Positions 13,844 through 23,047 of a stretch of DNA of 33,020 bases are shown here, one piece after another. Under the pieces are notes generated by a model, which made no database searches, was not told the origin of the DNA, and was given only the letters and a program-made list of their open reading frames with translations. A program made the translations under genes and the position numbers. Origin of the DNA: Candidatus Altiarchaeota archaeon (lineage in GTDB: Archaea; Altiarchaeota; Altiarchaeia; IMC4; QMZM01); contig JAHIKS010000142.1 in the NCBI GenBank assembly GCA_018897475.1, positions 1 through 33,020 of the forward strand, read 5' to 3'. How positions within the stretch are numbered: the stretch's first letter is position 1; each line of letters starts with the position of its first letter.

Positions 13844-15970
13844 ATGTCAGCGAAATGGGCTTTATTGGCGGTTTTCTTGATATTAGTCTCAACAACCCCA
13901 GTGGCTGAGGAAGAGCAGGGAATCATACTGGAATGGGAGCGTCAGTTTCCCTCCAGAATTACAGCCATCATAGCGGATGACTGGGACAACGACAGCTCGA
14001 CCGAGATTATTGTAGCTGCTTCAAGGAGCATCTATATCCTGGATTCTGAAGGGGAGCTGGAGAAGGAATATACTATCGATTCGGACGGAGAAATCTATGC
14101 GCTGGCTGTCGGAAGCATAGACAACAGGACTGGGAATGAAATTCTAGCCGGCACTGGATTTACGTTGAGGGAGCGCTCCAACGATACATGGTTTGAATTC
14201 ACAGGGACAGAAGCAACTGAAAAGACGGAGTACCTCTATGAAACGATAAGGAATAAGGGGGAACTGTACGTCATAAGTGACGATGAGATTAGTGAGCTGA
14301 AGGACATGGGTGAGTGGATAAGAACAATCCATATCTCAAATCTGGACAACAACGGAACGGATGAGATAATAGTCGGAACCGGAGGGGCCAATACCGACTG
14401 GATGATGGAATATGGTGATTGGATTGAAACAATCTGCAGTTACAAAGACCGCCCCGGTTTTGATACCCTCATCTATAACTGCAGTGATATACTTCATAAT
14501 GCAAGCTGGCATCGTGTTTCCTATGAGATGAACAACGGCTCCGTTTACGTTTTGATAGAAAACGGGAGCGTTCTTGGGAACTACGTCTTTGATGATGTGG
14601 TGTGGGGTTTAAGCACATCCGACCTCTTTCATGACCAGGACGAGGAAATAGTGGTTGGCTCAGGCGATAATGTATATGCACTGGACAAAGACCTGGGACT
14701 CCTCTGGAGTTACCCTCGTGATGGCACCGTCAAAAAGATAGAGATATCTGACATCGACAGGAACGGAAATGAAGAGATTATTGCCGAATTCAGGGCAACA
14801 AACGTTAATGGAATAGCAGTCATCGAGAGAGAAGGCGAGGACATCTGGGAGTACAGGCTCAAGGGTGACGTAGTCCGGGACTTCTCCATCAGGAACATTG
14901 ACCTGGACGAGGAGGAGGAGGTGCTGGTTGCCTCATCCAATAGCGTATATGTCGTGGATAAAGACGGTAGACTCAAGAGGGAATTCTGGATATTCGAGGG
15001 CATTGACAACATTCTATCCACGGATATGGACAACAACGGCTATCAGGAGATTATACTCACGTCGGAGGACACCGTTTATAGCTATGAGATATCGGAGAGA
15101 CTCATAATAGGGCATAATGCCACCATCCATTACTCGCTTGCAGAAAAAAACTATGGCCTGGAGAATTACCAGAAGGCAATGGAATTTACTGAGATAGCAA
15201 AGGGGCTATATTCTGAAATCAATGACCCTACAGGGATATCAAAGTGCGATTCATTGCTTGAGAAAATACAGGAAGGCATAAACAGAAACAAGGAGATAGA
15301 AGCGCGGTCCCTCTACAACCAGGCAATGATGAAGTATCTTATGAATGACTATCTCAACGCAAAAGTGCTCGCAGAAAGAGCCAGATGGCTCTACGTCGAG
15401 ATTAACCATCCCGAGGGAATCGAAACGTGCAGCTCCCTGATAGACGACATAAACCGGGAGGGGCATCTGGAGAACGTCACCGTGGAGAATATAACCTCAA
15501 CCACGAGTACAATCACTAACATTACGACCATCTCCCCAACCACACTCCTTGTGACGATTGTACCCATCGATGAGGATGAAACACCGAATCCAATCACGGA
15601 TTTCTTTATGAAAAACCAGAAAAGAGCACCCTACGCTATAGGAGTAGGTGTCGTCATGCTCATAACATTCCTCATCATCAGGAACAGGTACTTCAAAAAG
15701 AAGGAGGAGATGAAGGCCCGTATCGGAGAGGGAAAGCCAATTGAAGAGAAAGCAAAACCTGAAGAGAAACCCGCCGAAGAGAAGCCAGCCGAGGAAGCGA
15801 AACCTGAGCCAGAGAAGAAAGAGGAACCAAAGCCAGCCGAGCAGGAGAAGCCAGAAGCAGAGGAAGAGCCGGCCGAAGGGGAGGAGCTGGAGCTGCCCGA
15901 AACGCCGGAGCTGGCCAAGGAGCTTGACGAGATAGACAAGGAATTCCAGGAGAAATACGGGAAGGAATAA
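13844..15970 (+). CDS. secreted/membrane-anchored 7-blade FG-GAP-like beta-propeller protein with helical TPR-like repeats, a C-terminal TM helix and a Pro/Glu/Lys-repeat cytoplasmic tail
   Basis: Signal-like N-terminus MSAKWALLAVFLILVSTTPVA. Seven D-x-D/N-x-D/N-G-x-x-E-I-I/V-V repeats. Two repeats of the ...Y.EINDP.GI..C..L type. Thr/Ser linker, TM helix APYAIGVGVVMLITFLII, then a [14 protein letters not shown]... tail. Many N-x-S/T sequons. The start is trimmed from the TTG at 13802 to the ATG at 13844. Confidence 0.7.
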   Translation: MSAKWALLAVFLILVSTTPVAEEEQGIILEWERQFPSRITAIIADDWDNDSSTEIIVAASRSIYILDSEGELEKEYTIDSDGEIYALAVGSIDNRTGNEILAGTGFTLRERSNDTWFEFTGTEATEKTEYLYETIRNKGELYVISDDEISELKDMGEWIRTIHISNLDNNGTDEIIVGTGGANTDWMMEYGDWIETICSYKDRPGFDTLIYNCSDILHNASWHRVSYEMNNGSVYVLIENGSVLGNYVFDDVVWGLSTSDLFHDQDEEIVVGSGDNVYALDKDLGLLWSYPRDGTVKKIEISDIDRNGNEEIIAEFRATNVNGIAVIEREGEDIWEYRLKGDVVRDFSIRNIDLDEEEEVLVASSNSVYVVDKDGRLKREFWIFEGIDNILSTDMDNNGYQEIILTSEDTVYSYEISERLIIGHNATIHYSLAEKNYGLENYQKAMEFTEIAKGLYSEINDPTGISKCDSLLEKIQEGINRNKEIEARSLYNQAMMKYLMNDYLNAKVLAERARWLYVEINHPEGIETCSSLIDDINREGHLENVTVENITSTTSTITNITTISPTTLLVTIVPIDEDETPNPITDFFMKNQKRAPYAIGVGVVMLITFLIIRNRYFKKKEEMKARIGEGKPIEEKAKPEEKPAEEKPAEEAKPEPEKKEEPKPAEQEKPEAEEEPAEGEELELPETPELAKELDEIDKEFQEKYGKE

Positions 15971-15971
15971 T

Positions 15972-16448
15972 CTAGATTATCTTTATGAAGAAATCAAATG
16001 TTTCGACACCAGTCAATGACACTATCGTTACAATAATCCCCGCAATCAGAACGCCGATAATATCTGCTATTATGAATTTCTTATAGTCCAGGCCGATCAG
16101 GTGGGCTGCCAGTGCCCCGGAGTATACTCCCGAGCCAGGCAATGGAATCCCTATGAAGATTGCAACCCCCAGATAACCGTATTTCTTCACATACATGTCA
16201 ATCCTTTTCTGGGTTCTCCTGACATACCTCCTGTACAGGTTATCGATAAATCCTATCCTGGTGAATATCCTTATTATCGTATCTATCAGGGGATATAACA
16301 CTGCGCCCAGAATTATGTTTGTAACCACACAAACAAGGAATACCAGGGCCCAGTTCAGGTTGGCTTTAAGGATACCATATGGTATGGAAGCCCTCAGTTC
16401 CAGGAAGGGCAAAAAGGTAATCCATACAATATTGAGGATTTCATCCAT
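15972..16448 (-). CDS. small integral membrane protein (COG2426-like 'small multidrug export' family)
   Basis: 158 aa with 4-5 predicted TM helices and the N-terminal motif FLPFLELRASIPYG. Confidence 0.6.
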   Translation of the reverse strand: MDEILNIVWITFLPFLELRASIPYGILKANLNWALVFLVCVVTNIILGAVLYPLIDTIIRIFTRIGFIDNLYRRYVRRTQKRIDMYVKKYGYLGVAIFIGIPLPGSGVYSGALAAHLIGLDYKKFIIADIIGVLIAGIIVTIVSLTGVETFDFFIKII

Positions 16449-16488
16449 ATTCCTTAATATTTATTTCTCGAATACACAATAATATACT

Positions 16489-16998
16489 ATGGTATCTAAA
16501 GTAAGCCTTAATCCAGTACTAGTTGATGTTCTTACTATGAGTATGAGTAACGACCATGTGGAGATTATGAAGAAGCTTTCCAAACCCAAGCACGACGAGG
16601 ATATTGCTGGGGAGCTTGGGATAAAGGCGACCATAGTAAGGACTCTACTCAATGACCTCCATGCCAAGGGTCTGGTTGAATACGACCGCATGAAGAACAA
16701 GAAAACTGGCTGGTACACCTACCTCTGGATGAAGAGGGAGGATAAGGTTGATGAGTACCTGGATGGATATCTCCAGGAGACCCTCGAGGAGTTGAACGGC
16801 CAGCTGGAATCCGAAAAGGACACGGCCTTCTTCGGATGCTCCTGCAGCAAGGTCGCGATGGGGAGGGCAATGGAGCTCAACTTCATGTGCCCTGAATGCA
16901 ATGGAGCGCTCACGGAGTTCAATAATACCAAAACCGTACGACAACTAAACGGTCAAATTGCAAAAATCAACAGAATTCTCAAGAAGAAGAAAAAATAA
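16489..16998 (+). CDS. tfe: transcription factor E alpha (TFIIE-alpha homolog)
   Basis: Winged-helix N-terminus (..DIAGELGIKATIVRTLLNDLHAKGLVEY..KKTGWYTYLW) plus a zinc ribbon (CSC...CPECNG). Confidence 0.8.
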   Translation: MVSKVSLNPVLVDVLTMSMSNDHVEIMKKLSKPKHDEDIAGELGIKATIVRTLLNDLHAKGLVEYDRMKNKKTGWYTYLWMKREDKVDEYLDGYLQETLEELNGQLESEKDTAFFGCSCSKVAMGRAMELNFMCPECNGALTEFNNTKTVRQLNGQIAKINRILKKKKK

Positions 16999-17488
16999 GG
17001 CGCTACTCTTTCTGAAGGAACTATGTGCTGAGGATATAGTCAATCACTCATTGGCTGTTTCAAAAAAGGCGAGGGAAATCGCCGACAGAATCAAAGCAAA
17101 CGGACATGATATAGACCCCGATTTTGTTGAGATTGGCGCAATCCTCCACGACATCGGCCGCTCAAAGAGCCATGGTATAGACCACGGAATCAAGGGCTCT
17201 GAAATCTTGAGGAATTCAGAATTCTCAGAATTTGCGAGAATATGTGAAGTCCATCTGGGTGCCGGAATAGATAAGGAAGAGGCAGCTTCCCTCGGACTAC
17301 CCGCGAGAGACTACCTCCTCGAAACCCTCGAGGAAAAGGTAATTGCGCATGCGGACAACCTCACCGCCGATAAAGAGTATGTCCCCATCTCGGAAACAAT
17401 CAAAAAGATGGAGAAGAAACTCGGCAAAGGGCATCCCGCCATCAGGTGGATAAAGGAGCTGAACGACTTCATCAACTCCCTCTCATAA
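16958..17488 (+). CDS. HD-domain (HDIG-type) phosphohydrolase
   Basis: Contains HSLAVSKKAREIA...ILHDIGRSKSHGIDHG...EVHLGAG...IAHADNL. The only in-frame start candidate is the TTG at 16958, which overlaps the tfe 3' end by 41 nt. Confidence 0.7.
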   Translation: MQKSTEFSRRRKNKALLFLKELCAEDIVNHSLAVSKKAREIADRIKANGHDIDPDFVEIGAILHDIGRSKSHGIDHGIKGSEILRNSEFSEFARICEVHLGAGIDKEEAASLGLPARDYLLETLEEKVIAHADNLTADKEYVPISETIKKMEKKLGKGHPAIRWIKELNDFINSLS

Positions 17489-18671
17489 TCTCCCCGCAGC
17501 CCTTCAGCAACAGATAGACAGCGCAGTACTCCGGGACCTTGACTCTGCCTGAAAACGGCCCAAATATATTATCGTTGAAATCAAATTTCGGTACTTTCTT
17601 ATTCAATTCAATTTCTACTTCATCATCTGAAAAAGAAATAGAATCAACCAAGGGGTTGAACTTATCAATATTGTCAACAATGCTTGCCTTCAGCCCGCTC
17701 CCGCCGTGAAGGCTGTCCGGCAGCCGCATAATCCTTGCGGTATCTATGGTCACCATCTTGTCTGTGTCTTCAGCACCCAGGGTCTTTATGGCTTTCTCGT
17801 GGATTATTCTATCAACAAGCGGTGAACTTACACTTCTTATAAAAAAACCTTGTCCATCCTTGGTTGATGAACCATCTATCGTCACAATCTCAGGGATATA
17901 GTTATATCTACCAAGTTTGAGTTCCTTTAGAATCCTTTCTTTGTTATCATAAATCTCTCTCGCTTTCTTTTCACCTATCCCTTTCACACTCTCTAGTTCC
18001 TTTATGCTCGAATCTCTGATAAAATTGTAAAGCCCTGAGTAGATTATTCCTGCCCAGCCACTATCCGATGAGATTGGGCCTCTTATAATAGTAACGTGTT
18101 TACCCTTCCCACTACTTGTAGTAACCTCTTTACCCCACTTGAAATATTCCTTGATTTCGATGCTGCCACTTACATAGTCAACGATCTCCCTCCTCTCGTC
18201 CCTGCCCAGACCCCTGACCCCCTCATTCCTTATCCTCAGATGGTAGCCTTTGCTGCCCGAGAAATTTATTTCCACGTCCTTCTCTGAAAACCCGAAATCA
18301 TTTTCGAGGAATTCCACCAGGTTCAATGTCTCTCTCTTCACCTCGTCCATTTTCTCCAAGCTGAGGAATTCCATAGGCATGTCAAGGTCAAACACCAAAT
18401 CCGCTCCAAGCCAGTTTTTGCTTGACATTGGCTGGTTGCCGGGAAATTCATAGTATGCTGCAGAATATGAAATGTAGAACGGCGCATCCCTCTTCAGGAA
18501 GTTCCCCAGCTCGGTGGAATTCTTAAAGGCCCTGTGCCTTGCCTTTATCTTGGTCTCAAGCGTCCCGAATCCGAATTCCCTCATCTCGATATCCGGAGGC
18601 GCTGGCGCCTGGGTCTTCCAGTAGTAATCCTTGAACCTCTTGCTGAGGAAGATTTTGGTTTCTGTTTCCAT
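17472..18671 (-). CDS. priS: DNA primase small (catalytic) subunit PriS
   Basis: 399 aa with the AEP primase motifs DLVFDLD and FSGSKGYHL. Confidence 0.85.
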   Translation of the reverse strand: METETKIFLSKRFKDYYWKTQAPAPPDIEMREFGFGTLETKIKARHRAFKNSTELGNFLKRDAPFYISYSAAYYEFPGNQPMSSKNWLGADLVFDLDMPMEFLSLEKMDEVKRETLNLVEFLENDFGFSEKDVEINFSGSKGYHLRIRNEGVRGLGRDERREIVDYVSGSIEIKEYFKWGKEVTTSSGKGKHVTIIRGPISSDSGWAGIIYSGLYNFIRDSSIKELESVKGIGEKKAREIYDNKERILKELKLGRYNYIPEIVTIDGSSTKDGQGFFIRSVSSPLVDRIIHEKAIKTLGAEDTDKMVTIDTARIMRLPDSLHGGSGLKASIVDNIDKFNPLVDSISFSDDEVEIELNKKVPKFDFNDNIFGPFSGRVKVPEYCAVYLLLKGCGEIMRGS

Positions 18672-18692
18672 TGATGTGATTTAACTATAATA

Positions 18693-20039
18693 TCACAATA
18701 GTGAACTACCTCTGCATAAATTCGAGTCGAGGTTTCTGGACTCATCCCATTTATAGGAAATCATCTCCAGTTCGTGGGCTAGTTCATCTGTAGCCCCCGC
18801 CAGGTTTTGCTTCAATGCCTTGTGAAGCTCACTGGACTTATTCTCCAGTTGGGCTCTGCCCCGCAAGAGAATGTTTATCGATGCATTAAAGTCGGCATCG
18901 TATTGCATGCCACACTTCTTGCAAACGATTCTGCTTTTTGTCCTCCGAACCTTTCCGTTGCACTTGTGACACCTTGAGGAAGTCCACCATTCATTCAGCT
19001 TTCCTGCTGGAATGCCTTGCTTCTTGCACTGGTGGACTATCCAGTTTGCTGTCCGTGAGAAAGACCAGTTTCTGAGAATCCTTCTACCTACTCTATCTCC
19101 ATTACCTTTATAGTGATTGTACGCTATATATTCTGGATTTCCTACTACAACTAAAGAGTTGTGGCAAGTTGCAGCGAACTCTTTACTCATCTTTCTGTCA
19201 TGGTCTTCCGCTACATTCATCCGCTTATCCCTTAGCTTCTTCAGGACTTCCCATTGCTCTTTTCTTCTCAGATGGCTCACTCTGTCATTCAGCTTCTTCA
19301 GTTCAGATTTCTTCTCAGCCCTCCTGACTATCTGGAAGTTGGTTGAAGTGAGTGGCAACCTCACCGAGGTTATATCCCTCCTCACTCCAAGGTCAACCCC
19401 TTGAATAGTTTGAATAGGCTGAGTAGGAACTTCATATTTAACTGAGATGTGAGCATAATATTTCCTGCCTTTTTTGACAAGCTCAAAGTCTCTTATCTTG
19501 CCAGATTCAAGCTGTTGGATGTGATACTTAGACGGATTAAGGAGTAAAGCCATTAGTTCATGCTTTTTTAGAGTGGAAATTTCTATGAGCCACTTGGTCA
19601 ACTTTAGATCTACTTCTCTGATCTTTCCAGTTCTATAATCCAGTCTGATAGGTATTTTCTTGAGCTTGCTTCTCTTGCCGGTGTATGGCCTGGAGGGTTC
19701 TCTCTTCAGTAGTTTGTTATACTTATTCGTTCCTTTTTTGGCTTTACTTAGCTTCCTCTTCCATACCTTATGTGCTTCCCTATACTGCCGGTACATCCAC
19801 AGAACCTTGTCCTCAGCCTGCTGGATAAAACCAGAAGATAGGTTTACTTCAGCACTAATCTCTGGAGTGTATGCACGAACATCCTGTCTGGTCTTTGGAA
19901 CATCCTCTCTTTCATCTATCTTCTCGCAGAAGAGTCTTACTGCATAAGTATGCCTCGCCGTAAGCTTATCCAGTTTTCGGTACTTCCTTTCAGTTAACCC
20001 AAAATGCAGAGGTACTTTAACAGTTTTTATTGCTCTCAT
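18693..20039 (-). CDS. divergent TnpB-like protein (OrfB family with zinc ribbon)
   Basis: 448 aa with GVDLGVRRD (RuvC-I), ..NEWWTSSRCHKCNGKV...CKKCGMQYDADFNASINI (zinc ribbon plus RuvC-III). The usual (I/V)xxEDL RuvC-II motif is replaced by VVVGNPEYI...HYKGNG. The N-terminus is RAIKTVKVPLHF rather than the Y/FRLYP type. Confidence 0.8.
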   Translation of the reverse strand: MRAIKTVKVPLHFGLTERKYRKLDKLTARHTYAVRLFCEKIDEREDVPKTRQDVRAYTPEISAEVNLSSGFIQQAEDKVLWMYRQYREAHKVWKRKLSKAKKGTNKYNKLLKREPSRPYTGKRSKLKKIPIRLDYRTGKIREVDLKLTKWLIEISTLKKHELMALLLNPSKYHIQQLESGKIRDFELVKKGRKYYAHISVKYEVPTQPIQTIQGVDLGVRRDITSVRLPLTSTNFQIVRRAEKKSELKKLNDRVSHLRRKEQWEVLKKLRDKRMNVAEDHDRKMSKEFAATCHNSLVVVGNPEYIAYNHYKGNGDRVGRRILRNWSFSRTANWIVHQCKKQGIPAGKLNEWWTSSRCHKCNGKVRRTKSRIVCKKCGMQYDADFNASINILLRGRAQLENKSSELHKALKQNLAGATDELAHELEMISYKWDESRNLDSNLCRGSSLL

Positions 20040-20174
20040 TTCAGAATAAATATTACGACAGGGAACAGTTATACAAACTTGGTGTATATTTTGTTTATTT
20101 TTCTGATTCGCTACTTGCAGATTTTGTTGTAACCGCTAATATATGATTTCTTCTCTATATCATAACTGCTGAAG

Positions 20175-21101
20175 ATGGTAGAAATTCAAAAGGGAGAAAA
20201 GTCATGGCCGAGTCGGTTATGGTCAAAATTTTGGATTAAGATAAAGAAGGCATGGGTAGATATTGTAGTACCCTTGCGTAAACATCCTTGGATTTGGGCA
20301 GTTTTTTCAATAGTGCTTTTCCTACTTGCTATCTATGTTGCCCATGACATTATGGGGGTGGGGTCAATATCCAATCAAGAATTACAGTTAGTATACAAAG
20401 GGTATAGCGACCAAAGAGTCGGAGACAGTTATCTAATATACCTTCCTAGCGTACGTGATGAGATAAGAGAAAAAGATAGTGTTTTTGAGGTATCACCCAA
20501 AGAATTTGAAGAGCATCTTAGAGGTAACACACTTAATATGACAGTTCCTAGCTCAATTTTTTGTGAACCTGAAGGTAAAATGTTTGAAGAAAATAAACAA
20601 ATTATTTGTGATTTTACAGCATTGAAGGATGTTTTTAAAAAATTTGAAGCGAAGATATATCGTCCAGTAGAGGAGCAAGAGGGAGAGCAAGGTGAGATAC
20701 CAATAACGTGGACTATGGTCTCATATAGAACTGTATCGTTTTGTGAATATACTGCAGGTTATGAACCTGATTGTAGTGAACTACCCAACAGGACATATAG
20801 TGAAGATGACTGGTTCTATGCCCAACAGAAATTTAATATTCAAAAATCAGGTAGACAAACACTGAATGTTATATTTGGCTGGAAGCTTTCGAGTTATTAT
20901 GGAGGAGATGAAGTAGATGAATGGAGATATGCCACTTACCCAATTGTTTATTATACTCAAAATATCCGTGTCTATTCTCTAGATGATATTCGCCAACAAG
21001 AGAGGGAAAGAAATTACCAAATTATAATTGCATTATTTGGTCTTTTTGCAATATTCCCTGCGGTTAAAGCTCTTCGTGATTTAGTCGAAAATAATAAATA
21101 A
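20175..21101 (+). CDS. hypothetical membrane protein (N- and C-terminal TM helices), markedly AT-rich
   Basis: 308 aa with TM segments WIWAVFSIVLFLLAIYVA and IIIALFGLFAIFPAV. I recognise no family. Hand counts of individual 60-nt lines give about 22-38% GC, against about 50% in flanking gatE. Confidence 0.5.
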   Translation: MVEIQKGEKSWPSRLWSKFWIKIKKAWVDIVVPLRKHPWIWAVFSIVLFLLAIYVAHDIMGVGSISNQELQLVYKGYSDQRVGDSYLIYLPSVRDEIREKDSVFEVSPKEFEEHLRGNTLNMTVPSSIFCEPEGKMFEENKQIICDFTALKDVFKKFEAKIYRPVEEQEGEQGEIPITWTMVSYRTVSFCEYTAGYEPDCSELPNRTYSEDDWFYAQQKFNIQKSGRQTLNVIFGWKLSSYYGGDEVDEWRYATYPIVYYTQNIRVYSLDDIRQQERERNYQIIIALFGLFAIFPAVKALRDLVENNK

Positions 21102-21102
21102 G

Positions 21103-23004
21103 ATGACTCTCAACTACAAAAAGCTGGGCCTCAAATGCGGCATCGAAATCCACCAGCAGCTGGATACAGAGAAGCTGTTCTGTTCCTGCCCCTCCAAGAT
21201 TAGGGACGACGAGCCTCACCTCACCATAAGGAGGAAACTGAGAGCGGTTGCTGGAGAGGTGGGGGACATAGACCCTGCCGCCCTTCATGAATTCCTCAGG
21301 GGCAAGGAGATAATCTACCAGGCATATTCTGACACCAACTGCCTTGTCGAACTGGATGAAGAGCCGCCACATGACCTGAACGAAGAGGCGTTGAACATAG
21401 CACTGGAAGTATCGCTCCTTCTGAATGCAAGGCCTGTAGACGAGTTACAAGTCATGAGAAAGACGGTTATAGACGGCTCAAATACCTCCGGCTTCCAGCG
21501 GACCATTCTCATTGCAATGGACGGCTCCATTGAGACGGATTCCGGCAGGGTCGGAATTCCCAATATCTGCATTGAGGAGGATGCTGCCAGGAAGATATCC
21601 GAGGAAGGCAATAAAACTACTTATAGATTAGACCGACTGGGAATCCCCCTCATAGAGATTGGAACCGACCCGGACATAAAGAGCCCGGAACAGGCCAGGG
21701 AAACTGCAGAAAAGCTTGGCATGATTCTCAGGGCGACGGGGAAGGTCAGGAGAGGCATTGGGACCATAAGGCAGGACCTCAACGTATCAATCAAAGGTGG
21801 GCAGAGAATAGAGGCCAAGGGAGTGCAGGACCTCCGCATCATCTCCAAGGTCGTAAAGCTGGAGGTGGAAAGGCAGCTGATGCTCATCGAGGTAGCCAAG
21901 GAACTCGGGAAAAGAAAGCTGAGCACTGGGGAACTAAAATCCGACTTCCATGACATAACAAAGATTTTCAAGAATACCAAATCAAAACTAATCTCTTCAA
22001 TTCTCAAGGACAGGGACTCCAAGGTAGTCGCTGTAAAGCTGCCCAAATTCAATGGACTCCTGAAAGGAAAACTCGGCCCTGAGCTGGCACAATATGCAAG
22101 AGCCATAGCCGGGGTCAAGGGTATCTTCCATTCCGATGAACTCCCTGGTTACGGCATCACGGAGAGTGAGGTAAAAGCGGTTGCCAAGAAGCTCTCCCCC
22201 GGCAAGGAGGACGCATTCGCCCTCGTCATCGAAAAGAAAGGGACGGCAGAGAAGGCCCTGGAAGCGGTTCTTGATAGATGCAGGACAGCACTGGAGGGGG
22301 TCCCCAAGGAGACGAGAAGGGCAAAAGACGACGGAAGTACAGAATTCATGAGGCCTCTGCCAGGCTCTGCAAGAATGTACCCTGAAACGGATGAACCTCT
22401 CGTTCCAATAACTGATAAAAAGATTTCTGAGATAAAGAAAAAGCTTCCAAAGCTTCCCGAGGAGCGGCTTGAGGAGTTCAAAAAGCTGGGCCTTAGCCAT
22501 GAGCTGGCGAATCAACTGGTAAGGTCGAGGTTCATTGAGGATTTCGAGGAATTCGCCGGGAAATTCAAAAATCTCAAGCCATCACTCATAGCGACAACCC
22601 TACTAGCTACACCCAAGGAGATCAAGAAGAGATATGGGATAGAGATTGATTCGATAGAGATACCTCACTACCATGATGTCCTGAAGGCCGTGAACGAGGG
22701 AAGAATCTCAAAAGATACAATTCCTGAAATCCTAGGAAAAATTAAGAAATTGGAACTATCGGAGACCATCGGACTCACTGGTAAATTGGATGGTCTCATC
22801 AAGAAGAAGGCAGTCAAGGCATCCCTGCAGGATATAGAGAAGGACATAGACCGGATAATTGATGAAAATATCGAATTCGTCAGGAGCATGGGCGAAAGGG
22901 CACTTGGACCCCTGATTGGGAAGGCAATGACACAATTCAAGGGCAGAGTCGACGGAAATGAGATAAGCAGGATTGTCCGGGAGAGGTTAAAGAAAGTAAA
23001 ATAG
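21103..23004 (+). CDS. gatE: Glu-tRNA(Gln) amidotransferase subunit E
   Basis: 633 aa. The start, LGLKCGIEIHQQLDT.KLFC.CPS, and the overall GatE architecture are archaea-specific. Confidence 0.9.
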   Translation: MTLNYKKLGLKCGIEIHQQLDTEKLFCSCPSKIRDDEPHLTIRRKLRAVAGEVGDIDPAALHEFLRGKEIIYQAYSDTNCLVELDEEPPHDLNEEALNIALEVSLLLNARPVDELQVMRKTVIDGSNTSGFQRTILIAMDGSIETDSGRVGIPNICIEEDAARKISEEGNKTTYRLDRLGIPLIEIGTDPDIKSPEQARETAEKLGMILRATGKVRRGIGTIRQDLNVSIKGGQRIEAKGVQDLRIISKVVKLEVERQLMLIEVAKELGKRKLSTGELKSDFHDITKIFKNTKSKLISSILKDRDSKVVAVKLPKFNGLLKGKLGPELAQYARAIAGVKGIFHSDELPGYGITESEVKAVAKKLSPGKEDAFALVIEKKGTAEKALEAVLDRCRTALEGVPKETRRAKDDGSTEFMRPLPGSARMYPETDEPLVPITDKKISEIKKKLPKLPEERLEEFKKLGLSHELANQLVRSRFIEDFEEFAGKFKNLKPSLIATTLLATPKEIKKRYGIEIDSIEIPHYHDVLKAVNEGRISKDTIPEILGKIKKLELSETIGLTGKLDGLIKKKAVKASLQDIEKDIDRIIDENIEFVRSMGERALGPLIGKAMTQFKGRVDGNEISRIVRERLKKVK

Positions 23005-23047
23005 CTATTTTTATTCATCCCATCCAATATCTTGAGTACTTCTTGAA

